The notes below the pieces were generated by a model. The model worked only from the letters and a program-made list of their open reading frames with translations. It was not told the DNA's origin and searched no databases. From NCBI GenBank assembly GCA_964304625.1, contig OZ199840.1:3213189-3277188 (forward strand): a stretch of DNA of 64,000 nt. Direction: 5' to 3'. The translations under genes and the position numbers were made by a program. This document shows, piece by piece, positions 39,055-53,227 of this stretch (within the stretch, counting starts at the first letter, position 1; each line of letters opens with the position of its first letter). This DNA comes from Kudoa neothunni. Its lineage: Eukaryota > Animalia > Cnidaria.

Positions 39055-40294
39055 TCCAACCTTAACAACCTTTAACTCTTGTGTATGTGCGCACGCCACT
39101 ATGAACGTCTCACCCGTTACAGTAAGTAACCGATTTTTTGCACTTTTTATGCGTGCGCCACAGGGGAGATTTAGTTCGGCCCTACAAATTTATACAACGA
39201 TATTATTCTTCCGTCGTTTTACTTAAATTATATTATTAAATAATATATTACATTCAGTTCACGGTATAATTACGGTCCCTTATGAACCAATCTAAATTAT
39301 AGGATGTGCAACATGTACTATAAGAAAAAAAGAATTCTCGTCAGTACGTTTACACTAATTATTATTGATGTGACTACACCTATTAAAATTATAGTTATTA
39401 CATTATTATAATTCTCGTATTTCTCTTGACGTAGAACACCTTCAGCAAATACAGGAAATAACATGATGAAGTAGCCAGTAAATGTTTGTAAATAGGACTT
39501 GTATCCATGCGGAAGTTTGAATTATCGTAAAGCAATATGTAAGTTTCTCAACGATAACAAAATTTTATTATTAAAAACAGTTTTAAGGAGAATGAGATGG
39601 AAAAATATGTGAAAAATTGGTTAATCCTCTTTTTGTCAAAAAAACAAGGATAAAAATGTTTTACTGATTTAAAATTTCATAAATATTATCACAAAAAGGA
39701 GTTATAATGACCCCTTGAAGATTAGAACGTTTCTAAAACGTTTATTGTAAGATTTCCAAAAGTACGAAAAATCGACTAACTACTGTATTGCCTCATTAAC
39801 TAGAACCACGGCGTTGTAGTCTACAGCCGTGTGTTTATTAGAAAAGCTACTATTAATCCTAAATAGTAATAAATGCCAGCTGAGCTATAAAAATGCGTTC
39901 CTTTTTATGCAATTTTAATTAAATTTGAATATTTTAAATTAAATGGGGAAATAGAAACATATTTTACTAAACTAACAACCACGCTACTACGATAATAATG
40001 TTAAATTAATTATATTGTTAAGCCGCGCTAACGGGAACATATTGGAGATTCCATTCTACTAATATTATGCTCCGAAAGTAGAGTGGTAGCTTGTTATAGA
40101 TAATCCAATAGATTATGCCCAGACCCTTGGTGTAAAACAATTAGTTGAAATTTGGTAATGGAGAGTATCCAGCTCCAAAATTTCGACATGTTCCCGCATT
40201 AACAAAATCCCGATTCTTATATTCCATGATTTAACTCATTTTTAAAATATTGATTGATCAACAAAATTTCAAAAATTCAATTCTAGAATGTTAC

Positions 40295-41691
40295 CAAAAA
40301 TCACGCTTCGGCATCAATCTACCGTCGCGCATATCAGCGCGAACACATTTTCGCTTCTGTTTTTAACGTAATTAACCTTCAAAAGCATAAAATTTTTATA
40401 ATTTTTAAATCTATATCATTTTTACGTTCACTGAAAAGCATCCGACAAGCATTATTTATCAGAATTAACGTTAAGATTTCATTTAGCTATGTTATTGCGT
40501 CCTTTAAACGTCAATTTTGCAATTGACCTGAATATCACTTCAACATAATATAATATAATTTATGCTTTAGTTTATATATTATTTTGAAATGCCTTAATGC
40601 TAAATTCGGTTAGTAAAGTGTGAGAATATATTAAAGTGTTCAAATGCATGATGGAATCAAGAAATATATGAATGATAATATATTACAGGCGAGCGATTAC
40701 GCCATGAATAATTTAAAATTGTATTATATTTTTATATTTTCGCAATATTTTATATTTCGCTTTATTTTTGGATATCGTTTATGAAGGCGTTAATTGATTA
40801 AGATTCTTTTATGTATTTAGATGCGATTTTAAACAACTTGTTAATTGCCATTTTATTTTTCTCGGTCGTTCTTGCCGCACCTCCTTAGTAGATATTCTTC
40901 AACTATTTTATTAGGTCCACCTAATTTCTCTCTTCGTTGAAACATTCCACAGCCAATATTTTTTCTAAAATTTATGTTAATGCTGTGAATCTATATCTGT
41001 GTTCTAGAATACACCAACGATGGATTAATTAAATAAGTGAGATACTGGCAATTTCGGCATGTTTTCTTTAACTTGTTATTTTTATCGAAGAATGTTAAGG
41101 TCCTAGGGAAAATGAGTCCTAAATCTCGTCTGAAAATAAATATTAAAAATAAAATTAATTTGAACATATATATGTGTATTTTTCCATCTCAATATTAAAT
41201 AAATCAGTCTAAGTAGTGTTTTTTTTTCTTTTTTGTCACCTGCAGACGTAGTTATATCTACGATAATTTTCCCATACATCAGGGTTGTTATCTATCCTTT
41301 GTCAGATAGGAAAGCGAATAATGCATTCATGAGGAACAAAATATGGTAAAATTGAAGCTGGATTATAAAGTCCACCATGATGGAAGAGTTATATTGAAAC
41401 AGAATAAAATAATGATGTATAAACTTATCATTATAAATCTTTTGAGAAATATGAAAAATTACTTTCAATACTAATATTTATCCAAAATTAAAACCAAAAT
41501 ATTAAGTATTATTCCTCTTTGTGTACAACAATTTATGTAAAATAAAATTTTTTCAATAAACGTAAAAATTATATAGATTTAAAAATTATAAAAATTGTAT
41601 GCTTTCGAAGGTTAATTAAGTTAAAAACAGGGGTGAAAATGTGTGCGCGCTGATATGCGCGACGGTAGATTGATGCTGAAACGTGATTTTG
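40295..41691 (-). mobile_element. Merlin (IS1016-like) DNA transposon derivative with about 140-bp inverted repeats
   Basis: 40295-40437 is a near-perfect reverse complement of about 41550-41691. An internal minus-strand peptide NFRKNIGCGMFQRREKLGGPNKIVEEYLLRR resembles the Merlin/ISXO2 motif GGPGxIVEIDES. Confidence 0.65.
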
Positions 41692-41879
41692 ATTCTCACA
41701 TGTTGCATCATTATCATCGTCAAATATATTTTCGTAAACTTCAAATTCATTTATTATGTATACATAAAATATTACTTTGTGAACTGTTTCTGACTTGGGA
41801 TATCTTTCATATGTCTTCTTTTTCTATAAACTGATATGACTTTTTTATTACAGTTTTATATATTACTACTAAGAATTTT

Positions 41880-43277
41880 TGATTTTTTAAAAAATTAGAT
41901 ATAATTTCTGGCAATGTACTCTCCCAAAGTTAATTGATGGCATGATTGAGTTTAGTAACGTTTATTTTTCGATGATAATAGCTTCACATAAAACCGTGTG
42001 CTTGGCCAGTGTATTCCTTCCCTACTTTTAATGCATTTAATGAAGCCTAAATTAAGGTTTTTAAAAAAAACCAATATTTTTGGGATGAAGACGATATTGA
42101 TCCAACGATATTAAAACTTTTCTGTTATCATCTGTCATTCTTTGGTTCAACTTCCTAATTATGTTTATAAATATATTACACATCATCGATGAGTTTTTTT
42201 TAATAATATTCACGCGGTAGATGTTTAACTCAGTTGAAAAATATAGGATTCTGAAATTTACCCCTATTTAAAAAAGAGTGACAGTAAAACATTCACTCTT
42301 TTTTGGATATTTGTCGCCTTATATTCCGACTTCATCCTTTAAAACATAAATGTTTTATAACTGCTCATAGAAAAAGGACAGCTTCGTCAAGGTTTATAAC
42401 GTCTTTAGGATTAAATGTCGTAACCAAATTAGAGTTTTTAACAGTCCATGTGTCAACAGATGAAATATCTGTATTCGCAGCCTCATCATGAAACATTTAA
42501 AAGCTATCCCATATTTTGACGTGGAATCTGAAAACCTTCCTTAACTAGACTTTAAATTGGATATTTCTTTTTTATTTGCAATATATAAAGCAATTTTGAT
42601 AATAATGTATCTCAGCAAAATATTATCATTCGACCATTGTTTAACGAGCCAATCATACAGCTACAGCTCATCATCTATATTTTTAATTTCCCCGAAAAAT
42701 TTGTCCTTTTAGTTTCAATATCCATATTTTTGAATTTATCTTCGTGTGAACGAATTATATCAATTTTTAAATGACCTTAAACATAACAATGTATTAACGT
42801 TCAAAATAGATCACTCAAGTTAAACTTAGAAATTGTCATTCTTTCGGCAATTTTCAATATTTTTATCGAATTATAATAATCAATTATTCCTCGTTTCTCT
42901 TAACTATTACGTTTTTAAAGGGGAATAGTGAAGAAAACATTTCTATTTTTAAATAGATGGATTACTTAAACCACGCAAAAAATAAGTTTCCACGAAATAA
43001 CGAGACTTTATATATAAATTAAAAATTTTTTTATTCTTTAATGTTAACAATGTTTACAAAATGATAAAATAATAACAACATTAAAAAGCTAGGTTTCTCT
43101 CTAAAAAGAATAACGTCGAAATTTTGGAATTACGCAATATCCAATCTCGACTGTAGTCATTTATTTGATGAGTGGTAACTGATTAAATTAATTTTCATTA
43201 TTTTTCATGGGAAAAAATTATTCGTAGTTCGAACATACTTCTAGAAAGGATTATGGTCGGAGTCTGAGGTTGTATTG
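41880..43277 (-). mobile_element. pogo/Tigger-like transposon remnant
   Basis: Minus-strand fragments FKSS*GRF..KYGI, HDEAANTD and NLDEAVLF match Tigger FKASxGW/HGEAAS/NxDETxLF. TA-flanked end CAATACAACCTC at 43277. Confidence 0.65.
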
Positions 43278-43499
43278 TATTAATAAGTTTAAATACTCAA
43301 TCCATAGCAACAGAAAAACGTCGCCATTTTTCATTGTAATTGTAATTATTTTCTTAAGAATAGACAACTTGAAATTAAATTAAAGATTTGCTTTTGACAC
43401 GTTACTCAACAATATTGTATCTAATGGAAAAGTAAGAGTTACGATATAAAATACAAACGCAGATAATGGGAGAAACATGTAATATAACATGAAAAACTT

Positions 43500-44100
43500 A
43501 AAGCCATGCAAAACTATCGCATCTGTAACTCCACGTTATCTAAACCTTTGAATAAATTCTTAGACAACCTTGTTTTTATAAAAAAATACGATGATATGTT
43601 CTCTTCATTTATTAACAAACAATATAGATCGGTGTGTCCCAACGTGTGGGTCATGAAAAAACTTTTGACTAATTTGGATGGCGCAAAAAAACGCGGACCC
43701 ATGCCATGTAGGATACCCTTGAGATGGAAAATATTATTTAACTTGTGGACTCAAGATATATTGACACAATATAAATATTATATTTATTTAAGTTACATAT
43801 TGTTGATATATGGCTAACATAGCATATATAAAGATGGGAAACGGTAAATAAACTTACCTTGCCATGCGACCTGAAACTATCAACACGTTTTCTAATCAGA
43901 CAATACTCCTTCTTTCACTCGTTTGTTTTAGGTTTAAAAAGAATTTTTTTAGATGCAAATCTGGCACAGGTGCGAGTTAATCTTTCTATCCATTAGATTT
44001 TAGACACGTAACCATTCGTATATTGCTTGAGCCTGTTTAATTTCAGGATTCATAGCGGTTCGACTTTTTAAGTTTTTCTGATGTTATTTATCCAGTATTT
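43500..44100 (-). pseudogene. Possible hAT transposase fragment
   Basis: Minus-strand PTRWDT (cf. hAT TRWNS) and AQAIYEWL, with many stops. Confidence 0.35.
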
Positions 44101-45814
44101 GAATAAAACTATTCAAAAAATATCTAAAAGAAGAAGAAATTTTTATAGACTTAATCAAACATTAAAATTAACTATCAAAGCTGAAGCTATTTACAATACT
44201 TCAGTTTTCTCGCCGAATTAATAACCTCAATATAGACATTATAGCATTATTCAGCTGAACTTTTTCTATAGAAAGCATTTTGTTAGTCCATAACATCCAT
44301 TTACATGAAATCAAATATTTTCTCCATCCGTATATGACAGTCATATTATTTATAATCAACGAATTAAATTTTTGAATATTTTATTTAACACAGAAAATTA
44401 TTATAGAACTATATTTAAATTTAAGAATATTCAAGTAAGATAAACAGTGTGTTTATACTTTAAAATATAAGAAAGTATTGGAATATGCACCAATTTTAAT
44501 TTACGAAGAAAATTGGAATGAATGATTTCAAAACGATTTGAATTGCATATATATATATATATATATTTTAACATAGTTTAAACTCATTAATGACTTTTCA
44601 TAACGGATTCAATAAAGAAAATAAAATCATCATGGCAATTGAGGGGAAATAGTCAACTTATATTTTCGTTTTATCTCCGAAATTAATTTAAAAAATTAAA
44701 AACTACAAAATTTGTTTTTAAATCAAATTGTATTATTGATTATGGACCGTATGTAGAACAAAAATATATTTTACACCAAGAACCAATATACTGCGAATGA
44801 AGCATGCGCACTTACATGAAGTAGAGTGAACTCCCTAATTATTCTGAAATCGCGTTACCTGAGAGACAATGAAAACTAAAATTTTATTATATTGAATTTA
44901 AAAGAAAAAATCATAAATATTAATATTTTATATGGATAGAGAGAAATTATAAATAAAAACTTTTTTTGTTCATTCCATTGAATATGAAGGCAAGTAGTTA
45001 ACAAATATCTAGTAATTTTTAAATTTTAACTGATGATATCATTGAGCCAAAAATCTAATTATGTTAAAAATAACTAATAATAAATACCCAAAATGGAAAA
45101 ATTATATTTAAAATGATTAAAATGCGAGAATATCACGATAATCATTAAAAATCCAATGTGATAAGGTCGATACAGGAGTAGCTCGATGGTTCAATAATAC
45201 TAGTGTAGAGAGACATATTATTTCTCTAAAAGTCCAGTAAAATTAATGCCAAATAATATTTTTAGACTAACAAAATAAGAATAATTGTGATAATGTTTAC
45301 AATTTAAATTATCATATACAATACTGGATATAAATATAATTTAAAAAATAACATTAATTTTAATAAAAACTTACATTATTTAAGTTGGTCACCGGATAAT
45401 TTTTGGAAAAAATATGGGCAACGGCTAAAAAGGTTCGGAAGCACGGATATAGATAGTCATAAAGTAAAGTGTAATAACTCAACATCAGTGGTTTAACGTG
45501 AGATGTTTTTGGAAAACTTATTTTAGGCTTAATCTACCTCAATATCGCTGATGAAATTCTACTCTTCGAACCACAAATATAACAGCTTAATAAATGTAAA
45601 ATTTATACTGTTATTATGCAATTCAATTTATAATTAATAGAATAGTTTTCACAATAGATATAATAAGAATTAGCCTCAAACAATGGATTACAATATTCTC
45701 GCAAAACGCGAAACAACAAAACAAACATTGAAAAATATAAACATCTCATATTTTTTAATGGAATGGACTCATTTATATTGGATATAATAAAAAGCCATCC
45801 ATGAATAAATTGAT

Positions 45815-47906
45815 TCATCTTTTTCCATATTTGGTTGATCTGCTTTTCCTGAATTCTTCGAAAGGATCCATATAAGCCCCTTTGTCGTGTCCTAAGCCCT
45901 AAAAAATAATTTAAAATGAGATAATAGTTACAATTCGTTGCTATGTGGACTTTGAATTTGTTGGATTCATTTCTAGTTTCTTGTAGACGAATGGGCTCAA
46001 CAATGCCATCTTTTTTCTTACCGAGACTTCCACCAGTCCAGCCTAAATTAAATTACATATTGTAATAAATACAATCAATTAATTACCCATCTTGAGCAAG
46101 AGCTGATGACCGATATTTTGATTTCCGATTTTAGTCTCTTCAGTAACCATCTCACTACCAATATCAATATACTCCCTTGTGAAAAATAACAAAGAATTAC
46201 CCGCTACTTGAAGGTACTGCAGGAATTAGTTTTTTATTTCGAATATAAGGTGCATTTTGCGAGTATTTGTCAAGAATTTTATCAGTGGCTGTAATATCGA
46301 ACAACACTCTGTTCGATAAAACATCCATATCATTTTCTTCCTCTGATTCGGACGCACCACTGAAATTTTCACTCTCACTGAGTGAAATTTCCGAATCCAC
46401 AATACACAACTGAGATATATCTTCATATTCATCACGATTTTTAAAAAAATCATCAAGTCGAACTGTGTTCTTCTCTCTATCAATAAGAACAACATTTACA
46501 ACGATCACAAAGACAGTTTAAGCAGATATTACAATTTATCGAAATAAGACTCTCTTAAAGAATTAATAATATTAAACTTGGCATCTCGAAAGTGTTTTAT
46601 CCCTTCAAAACTCCATCCTGAGGAGTTAACCATTTTGTCATTAGTAGGATTGGATTCTATGGAGCTGTAAAAGGATTTCAATTGTTCGTCGATTGGCCGA
46701 ATATTTTTTATTTTATTTAAGTCGGGAAGATTTTGAATTTTATTATCGATTGGTTTATGTATGTCAGTATCATCAATCTAGCAGAAAAACTTATAAATAC
46801 TCACCATCGACTACACACTACAGGAATAAAGGTAAGCATGAGGCTGGCAGGCAAATGAGTTAAACGTTTTTCGATATCGTAGATTATATTGAGGTCGACA
46901 GTTTTTTTAGGTTTCAACTCAAAGTCGATCGCTACATCTGACTCTGTTGCCCCTACCAGTGAATTGCTGCTTTCTACTGTTAGTGTTTCATTTGATGCTT
47001 TGAGTTGATCCAATTTTTGCTCGTCGGTTGGTACCAATACAGGCCTAAAATTCTAAAATAAAATTAGACCATCTCCACTTTTGTCACAATCCAGAAATAA
47101 CTGTTTTTTTAATTTGGAAGCTAATAGATGAGGAGATTGGTTTGTCGATTTTATTAGCACTTTCATGTGTATCCTCAATCAATTGTTTGTGTTTAGTTTT
47201 CCAAACTTCGATCGAGTTTTTCCATTGTTTGCATTGCTATTGGATATTAGAGTGTATACAATATCCAACGTAAGTTATACTTTTATGATGGATTCGGGGA
47301 CCAATTTCAAATGCTCCCAAAGTATCAACAATTTATGAAGAGATTGTGAGGAATTTTCTGGGATCTGCGGAGATTTTGAAATTATCATACAAGCTTCTCC
47401 AAAGATGCCAACAACCCATTCTGAAGCTACTTCTGCTATTATTTGACTAATCGCGTGATGTGGTTTGATCAAAATGGATTCATATAGTAAATCGTGAACA
47501 TGAAACAAAATATTGATATTTCCAATATCGACAGAAGTATCTTCTTTAGGCTGATTCGAGCCTTGAGGTTTTCCAGCCAAAATTCTGATAATAAATAACG
47601 TATCAGCGCTTATCAGAAACATTTATGAACATTACTTTTTGTAGATAATCTTAAACACACTATGATATTGGTCAACTGTTGACACATTATTGAAAACCCA
47701 CTGGCGAATATTCTATGTGGACATTTAATTGAATTTCTTACACTAGAAAAACTATTTCAACCGCATACCAAAATATCATAGTTGGTGCAGTTTCGTAATA
47801 ATCTATTGAGGCGACTCGAATAATTTTCTAGTTGAAAAACCATTTGAATAATGTGATGAACGAGCTAAACCACAAACTTCACTACAACTCGCGAAAATTC
47901 GGACAT
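45815..47906 (-). CDS. CHERP: CHERP-like splicing factor (CID + G-patch), multi-exon; 5' end uncertain
   Basis: CID domain RNCTNYDILNIRQWVFNN..LFHVHDLL..LHKLLILWE; THLPASLM; KPID..SFYS..NSSGWSFEGIKHFRDAK; G-patch [42 protein letters not shown]; stop at 45815-45817. Confidence 0.85.
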
Positions 47907-49423
47907 CTATTTAGGTTCTCGACGCACAATTAGATTAGATATTTGATCATAACTCATTACGCTTTGATTTTTACTGACCTTTAATAAATCATTAAATATT
48001 GAAATTGAAAAAAGCTACTCAAATGGATAAAAATTATATCATGTAAAAATGACACGGGACTGTTAATAGTTCAATCCTAAATTTTGCTAAGTTGAAATTT
48101 TAAATTTCTACCCATTATAAATTTTTTACTATCTTGATCTTTACAATAAAGATTAAATTTTTTTCGCTTCTTAATTAAAATATTTCAACTCCAAATTAAA
48201 AAAAATCATTTTTGGATATAAATGTTTTTCCGCCAAATAAATGTTATTAGATTAATTAGGAAAATTAATTTTCAAATTCAGTTAATACTTTCTTTTATCC
48301 GAATCTACCTAATTTTTGAAATAATATCGTAAAAATTTAGTTATTGCGAAATCACGAGTAATATTAATTTATGCCTATTATTGTGATTTGATGATGGTGG
48401 AATTATTTTAGACTTACCGATTGTTAAAATTTTGATTTCAAATATTTTAAATATGAATTTGATATAAATTATTTTATTTTATTTTGAATTGGAATTTTAA
48501 AATTTATGCCAATGGAGCACAAATTTAATCCTTGCGAATCCTTAAGGCCAGGGAATACATAAAATTATAAATTGCATTATTAGATAAATCTATTAAATCA
48601 ATAACTCAAAAAATATACCACTAAATTTGACTTTTTCATGTTTATCCCATGCTTCAAGCTTCAAATTTGATAATAGAGGATTTAGATTGTACATCCCTAA
48701 TATAAAAGTAGTTGGTGTTAGAATTTTTCGAAATTAATTTTTAATTATAATATCAAATAAGTTTTCTTCACAAAAATTTGTACTTTAAGTAAATTCACAG
48801 ATATTAATATTCGATGACAAAACACATTAAACTGTTAATACCTTTTCTGAGTTTATATTTTTTTAATAAGTTAATACTAAAAGAATTCAACGGGCAGTTT
48901 TCTTGTTGATGAATTATACTGCATGGTAGCCTCACACAAATGTGGGGAATAATTACGTTGTTGGAATTATGCCTACATTTAATAAAAAATAGTAAATAAA
49001 AAAATAGTTATGGGCCGATATTGTTCAATTAGGTGAGTTTAATGAGTTTTCAATTAGACATATATTTTAATAAATTAAACAGAATATTTAAATACTGTAA
49101 AACTATTTAATTTTTTTATCGTAATTTTCCTATATGTCGATTAAAAAATTAATAGGGCAAAAAATAGTCATGCTATATACAATTTTTATTTAAAGAGGAA
49201 GAATTTAAAAGATGTTTACAATAATTATTTTTAATTTTCAATTAATAATTTAAAAACACGAAATTACAAAACGAGAAAATTTTTATTCATCTTAACTAAA
49301 TAGTTTAACTATAATATACTACTATAAAATTAGTATTAGTAATATAAAATTTTCAACTTTAATGTAGCTTGCGAGAACTGCCCAGCGTTCCTTGGGAAGA
49401 TTCCGCAGGGGTCAGCTTTTTAA

Positions 49424-50235
49424 CCTTTAATAGGTGACCTTGGGCCCGACGAGCCCAGCCGGGTTAATTTCTATCATTTATTGGATGATATTTTAAGCTG
49501 TATTTGCTTGCTTTAAGGCGTTATTACGTGATAAAAAATACATGATATAAAATAAATAATTTATTGTTAGGGGAACTCAAACAGATAAATGTTTTATTGA
49601 ATGATCGTTACATGTAACGTTGTTACACCCATCGTATACTTGTTTGATCCGTCTTATGACGCACGTAGGACATAAATTAAATCGTTTCTGGACATTTATA
49701 TTGCTATTTTCTGTAAATGACATGTTATTCTCATTGAATTTAAATCCTAATGCTCCAAGAGAACGCTTGAAGGTGGGTTAACATCCAATTTTGTTGGTCT
49801 TCGGCTCTTCTCTTCTGGTGTCTTCAATCAACGAAGCGGAAAAGTCCACTAAAAATTGTTGTCGACAATTAGGTTTATCTTTAAAATATTCCGAAATTCT
49901 TCGAAAAAACAATAAATGAATTAAAAACAGCCATATCAATAATTTGTCAATAGATAATTGATTTGAGAAATTCGAACATGACACTGATACACTTATTGCG
50001 CAAATGTGAGATTAACTTTTAAATAAAATAAAGCACATTGCTGATGTCATAATCCTTTTTAGCAGCATATCGGTTTAAAATAAAATATTTCAAATTCATT
50101 GAAAATTTACATCTGGATGTAAAATAAAATTTTAATAATTTACGTGTAAAAAACGTTAAAAAAAATTTTTTGGAATGAATTATGTTCAATTTACTACTCA
50201 GGTGGGCTTGTTGAGCCTAAGGTCACCTGTTAGGA
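49424..50235 (-). mobile_element. Internally deleted piggyBac element
   Basis: TTAA at 49420-49423 and 50236-50239. TIRs are TAATAGGTGACCTTGGGCCCGACGAGCCCA and TAACAGGTGACCTTAGGCTCAACAAGCCCA. It retains the C-terminal Cys-rich peptide NLCPTCVIRRIKQVYDGCNNVTCNDHS. Confidence 0.85.
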
Positions 50236-51159
50236 TTAATAACATGCGAAAAATATATTGAAATTCTGATTATTTCTGTGGAGGGATGTACTAATCCCGG
50301 CGTTCAATTAACAATTTCCTGGCCCAGTACTAACGCTAAATAATCTAAGATCAGCATCATCTTTTTCTGTATTCCCGAATTATTTAAATTACCCTAAAGT
50401 GTTATCTAAAACGTTATATTTTTATCCGGTAATTTTTCAATTCCGAATTCTAGCCCGGATCGAAAATTTTTTGCAATGCATTCCGGGGAGATGGAAAGAG
50501 ATAAAGAAATAGAGAAAAATTTACGTAAACTGATTTTTATTTCTAAAATTGATATCCCTTGGCCGGACGTAAACTATAATGCACTCTTTCTCAAAAACAC
50601 ATACAAATCACGTTAATATCAACAAAAATAATTTGAATAAACGGATGAAGTAAACATACAACCATCTGCGTTGAATTTAATCACTGAGAGTTCAACATAG
50701 CAGATGATTTCAATGAAATCTACGTACACAGTGTTTGTTTTTTAAAGATTTAATCTATCTGATTATAGCATGTTGCACAATTCATTATAAATGACGCAAA
50801 CATAGACTTTTTGCTATATCTAAAGCCATTAATAGAGACTTCAAATTGTGCTTATCAGGTCAAATATGTTAAATCTCTCGATATAGAGAGTATATTTGCA
50901 CAAGCATCCAAACAGAAGCACCAACCCTATACATAAAGATAGATGACAGCATTTAATTAACATTTGATAAACCAACTTTGAATCGACAAAATCACTATTT
51001 TCTAAACACTTTGGGAACATTTGATAGTGTGGAAACAATTTAAAGATTTTTGAAACGTGGTGATTTTTTAAAAATTTCATAAATGTCTCTCTACAAGGAA
51101 ACAAATTTGTTGCGCGTGAGTACCTGCTGACACACTCACGGACAACTTGATTTTATATA

Positions 51160-52519
51160 CCGTCGACCCTGGATATTGCGTAATTTTTCGGGAATGAAGA
51201 AAAATTACGCAAAAATATTCGCGTATGCGCAATCCATAAAAAATAAAATTTGTTGGGGTTTAAAATAACCGGTAATTTCAATTTGTTTGAAACATTTTCG
51301 GATTATTTCAGATATGAGCTCGATAACTATATGTTTTGAAAATAATGCTGTTGAGTTTTCTAACAATAATTTTCCGATTAAATTAATGGATTGTTTGAGA
51401 TCCGCAGTTGACACGAGCGCTTCGTCTTTTACATAGGTTGGATCGAAACTTTCTTGATATATGTCAGCTGCATACGCTCCAAATAAAGCTATTGATTCCT
51501 CATGCATTTTTCCGTATTCTTCATTATTGTTGGTTTCGTTATATTTTTATCTAAAAATTAAAGTTGATAAACAATTAAATTATGTGACGAAATTTTCAAC
51601 ATTATCTTCAGAAAAATTTAGAGATAGGTTTTCATTATCTATTAATAATCTTTAATTTAGTATATTGTAGTATCAAAGTATAATGTTCAAAAAGCCTAGA
51701 TTTTCTAAATCAATTTTGAATTATAGTCGATAATACGTTTTCCCATGCTTGATTTAAAGCTTTAATAAAACCAAAATGGTATACGTAATTAAATCTGAAT
51801 TATCCATATTTATTACGTTGCACTCTTCATATCGTAGTGAAATTTTACCAAAAAACCATCATAGTTTGATTGTTCACACTGTTGGTTTCACCATGAAACT
51901 ATTTAAAATTAATTCCAAATCTATTTTTAAATTCTACGAACCAACCGTTACTATCAGCAAATTTATCAATACCTATGGATTTAGCGATATTTTTTGTCTT
52001 TTCAACCATTAAATAAGCAGGAACAACCTTTTTTTCATTTCGCATTTTGGTTATTCGTGTATAGAATAAAGTAACTAACTCCGCGTACTTGTCTTCTTTC
52101 ATTTTTTTTGAAGCCGAAATAATAGAAATAATAATATCATTTTGAAAAGCTAAAATTCTATTAATAGTAGAATGTCTTGAAAATATATTATATTGGGATT
52201 AGATAATTTTATATTATTAGATGACTTGGAAAGTTTAAAAGTCATTCCTTTTTCTTCTTAGGGTGATTTAATCGAATTATAGTATTCGATTATTTCAATT
52301 TTTGCAGCCGCTGTTCACTGATTCCTTACCATTTTTTTCGCGGAATCCAAAAAGAAGATTAATTGAGGATTAAACTGACACAAAATGTTATGCAGTAGCG
52401 AGATTTTAGTTTTAGCACATTAATTTAAATAATATAAAAACAAAGTTTGAGTAAAAAATTTAAAGTATCCTTTATATGTCACTGAACTTGTGAAATTATG
52501 CAATATCCAGGTTCGACTA
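51160..52519 (-). mobile_element. pogo/Tigger element (internally deleted)
   Basis: TA-flanked 27-bp TIRs (C/T)(C/A)GTCGA(C/A)CCTGGATATTGC(G/A)TAATTT. CENP-B-type HTH in ORF 51899-52102 (..FADSNGWFVEFKNRFGI), then FHGETNSV. No DDE core visible. Confidence 0.88.
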
Positions 52520-53227
52520 TATATAGTAGTTAAAAGGAAAAATTATGTAATGATAGAAAAAAAATATTAATTACTCATGATTTCAAAGAAGAGTTATACT
52601 GTCTTTTAAAGTGATGAAAATACTTTCTTCCCAATAATTTTTCGTCTAAGCGATTAGCTCTTTACTAAATTATTCCCACAAACAAAATCTATAAAATCCA
52701 TTCTTATGGGTGTGCAAAGGAAAAAAACGTTAAATGATTAGCTTCACGCATTTTTTACCCACGCCTTAAGCAATTCAGGAAAAATGGTTATTTATCGTAA
52801 AAAAGATTATCCAACTTTACTATGGCTTCTCTACACAACCAAATTTTCCCCTTTGTTATTTCATAATCGAACCCTATTGCGGACCGCATTTATTTTATCT
52901 GTACTTTGGAGAACATGGTTTAAGATTACAACACCCAAAAATAGTTAATCTTGAACAATGGATCTAAATCCCCTGATGAAGCGATAACTTAGAATAAATA
53001 ATTGCTTAAGAGGAGTAATAAAGTACAAAGCCTTATATTTTTTAGTCGAGACATGAACAATTTTTTTGAAATTTAGTTTTGTTTTGGTTGAGTCTAATAA
53101 ATAAAAAGTTGGCGCGATTATTTAACATGTCTCATTAGAATGTTTTTCCTCTATTTGAATAAGAAGTAAAAATTACTGTGTTAACATATAAATTAAAAAA
53201 TTAAAAATTGATGTACAGAATAATCGG

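Larger units (their letters stand above)
49368..52530 (-). mobile_element. Helitron copy interrupted by piggyBac and pogo insertions
   Basis: About 50240-51159 is the reverse-complement homologue of 32650-33750. The 3' end CCCAAGGAACGCTGGGCAGTTCTCGCAAG lies at 49368-49396. The 5' end ACTACTATATA..TAAAATCAAG is split by the pogo element. Confidence 0.8.

Noticed and set aside
34600-45450. Isolated hAT-like ends (GTTGAGAACCCCTG at about 34630; AAAAGGTTCGGAAGCACGG at about 45430; CAGGGGGAGATTTAG at about 39160)
   Set aside because: No matching opposite ends or TSDs found, so element boundaries cannot be supported.
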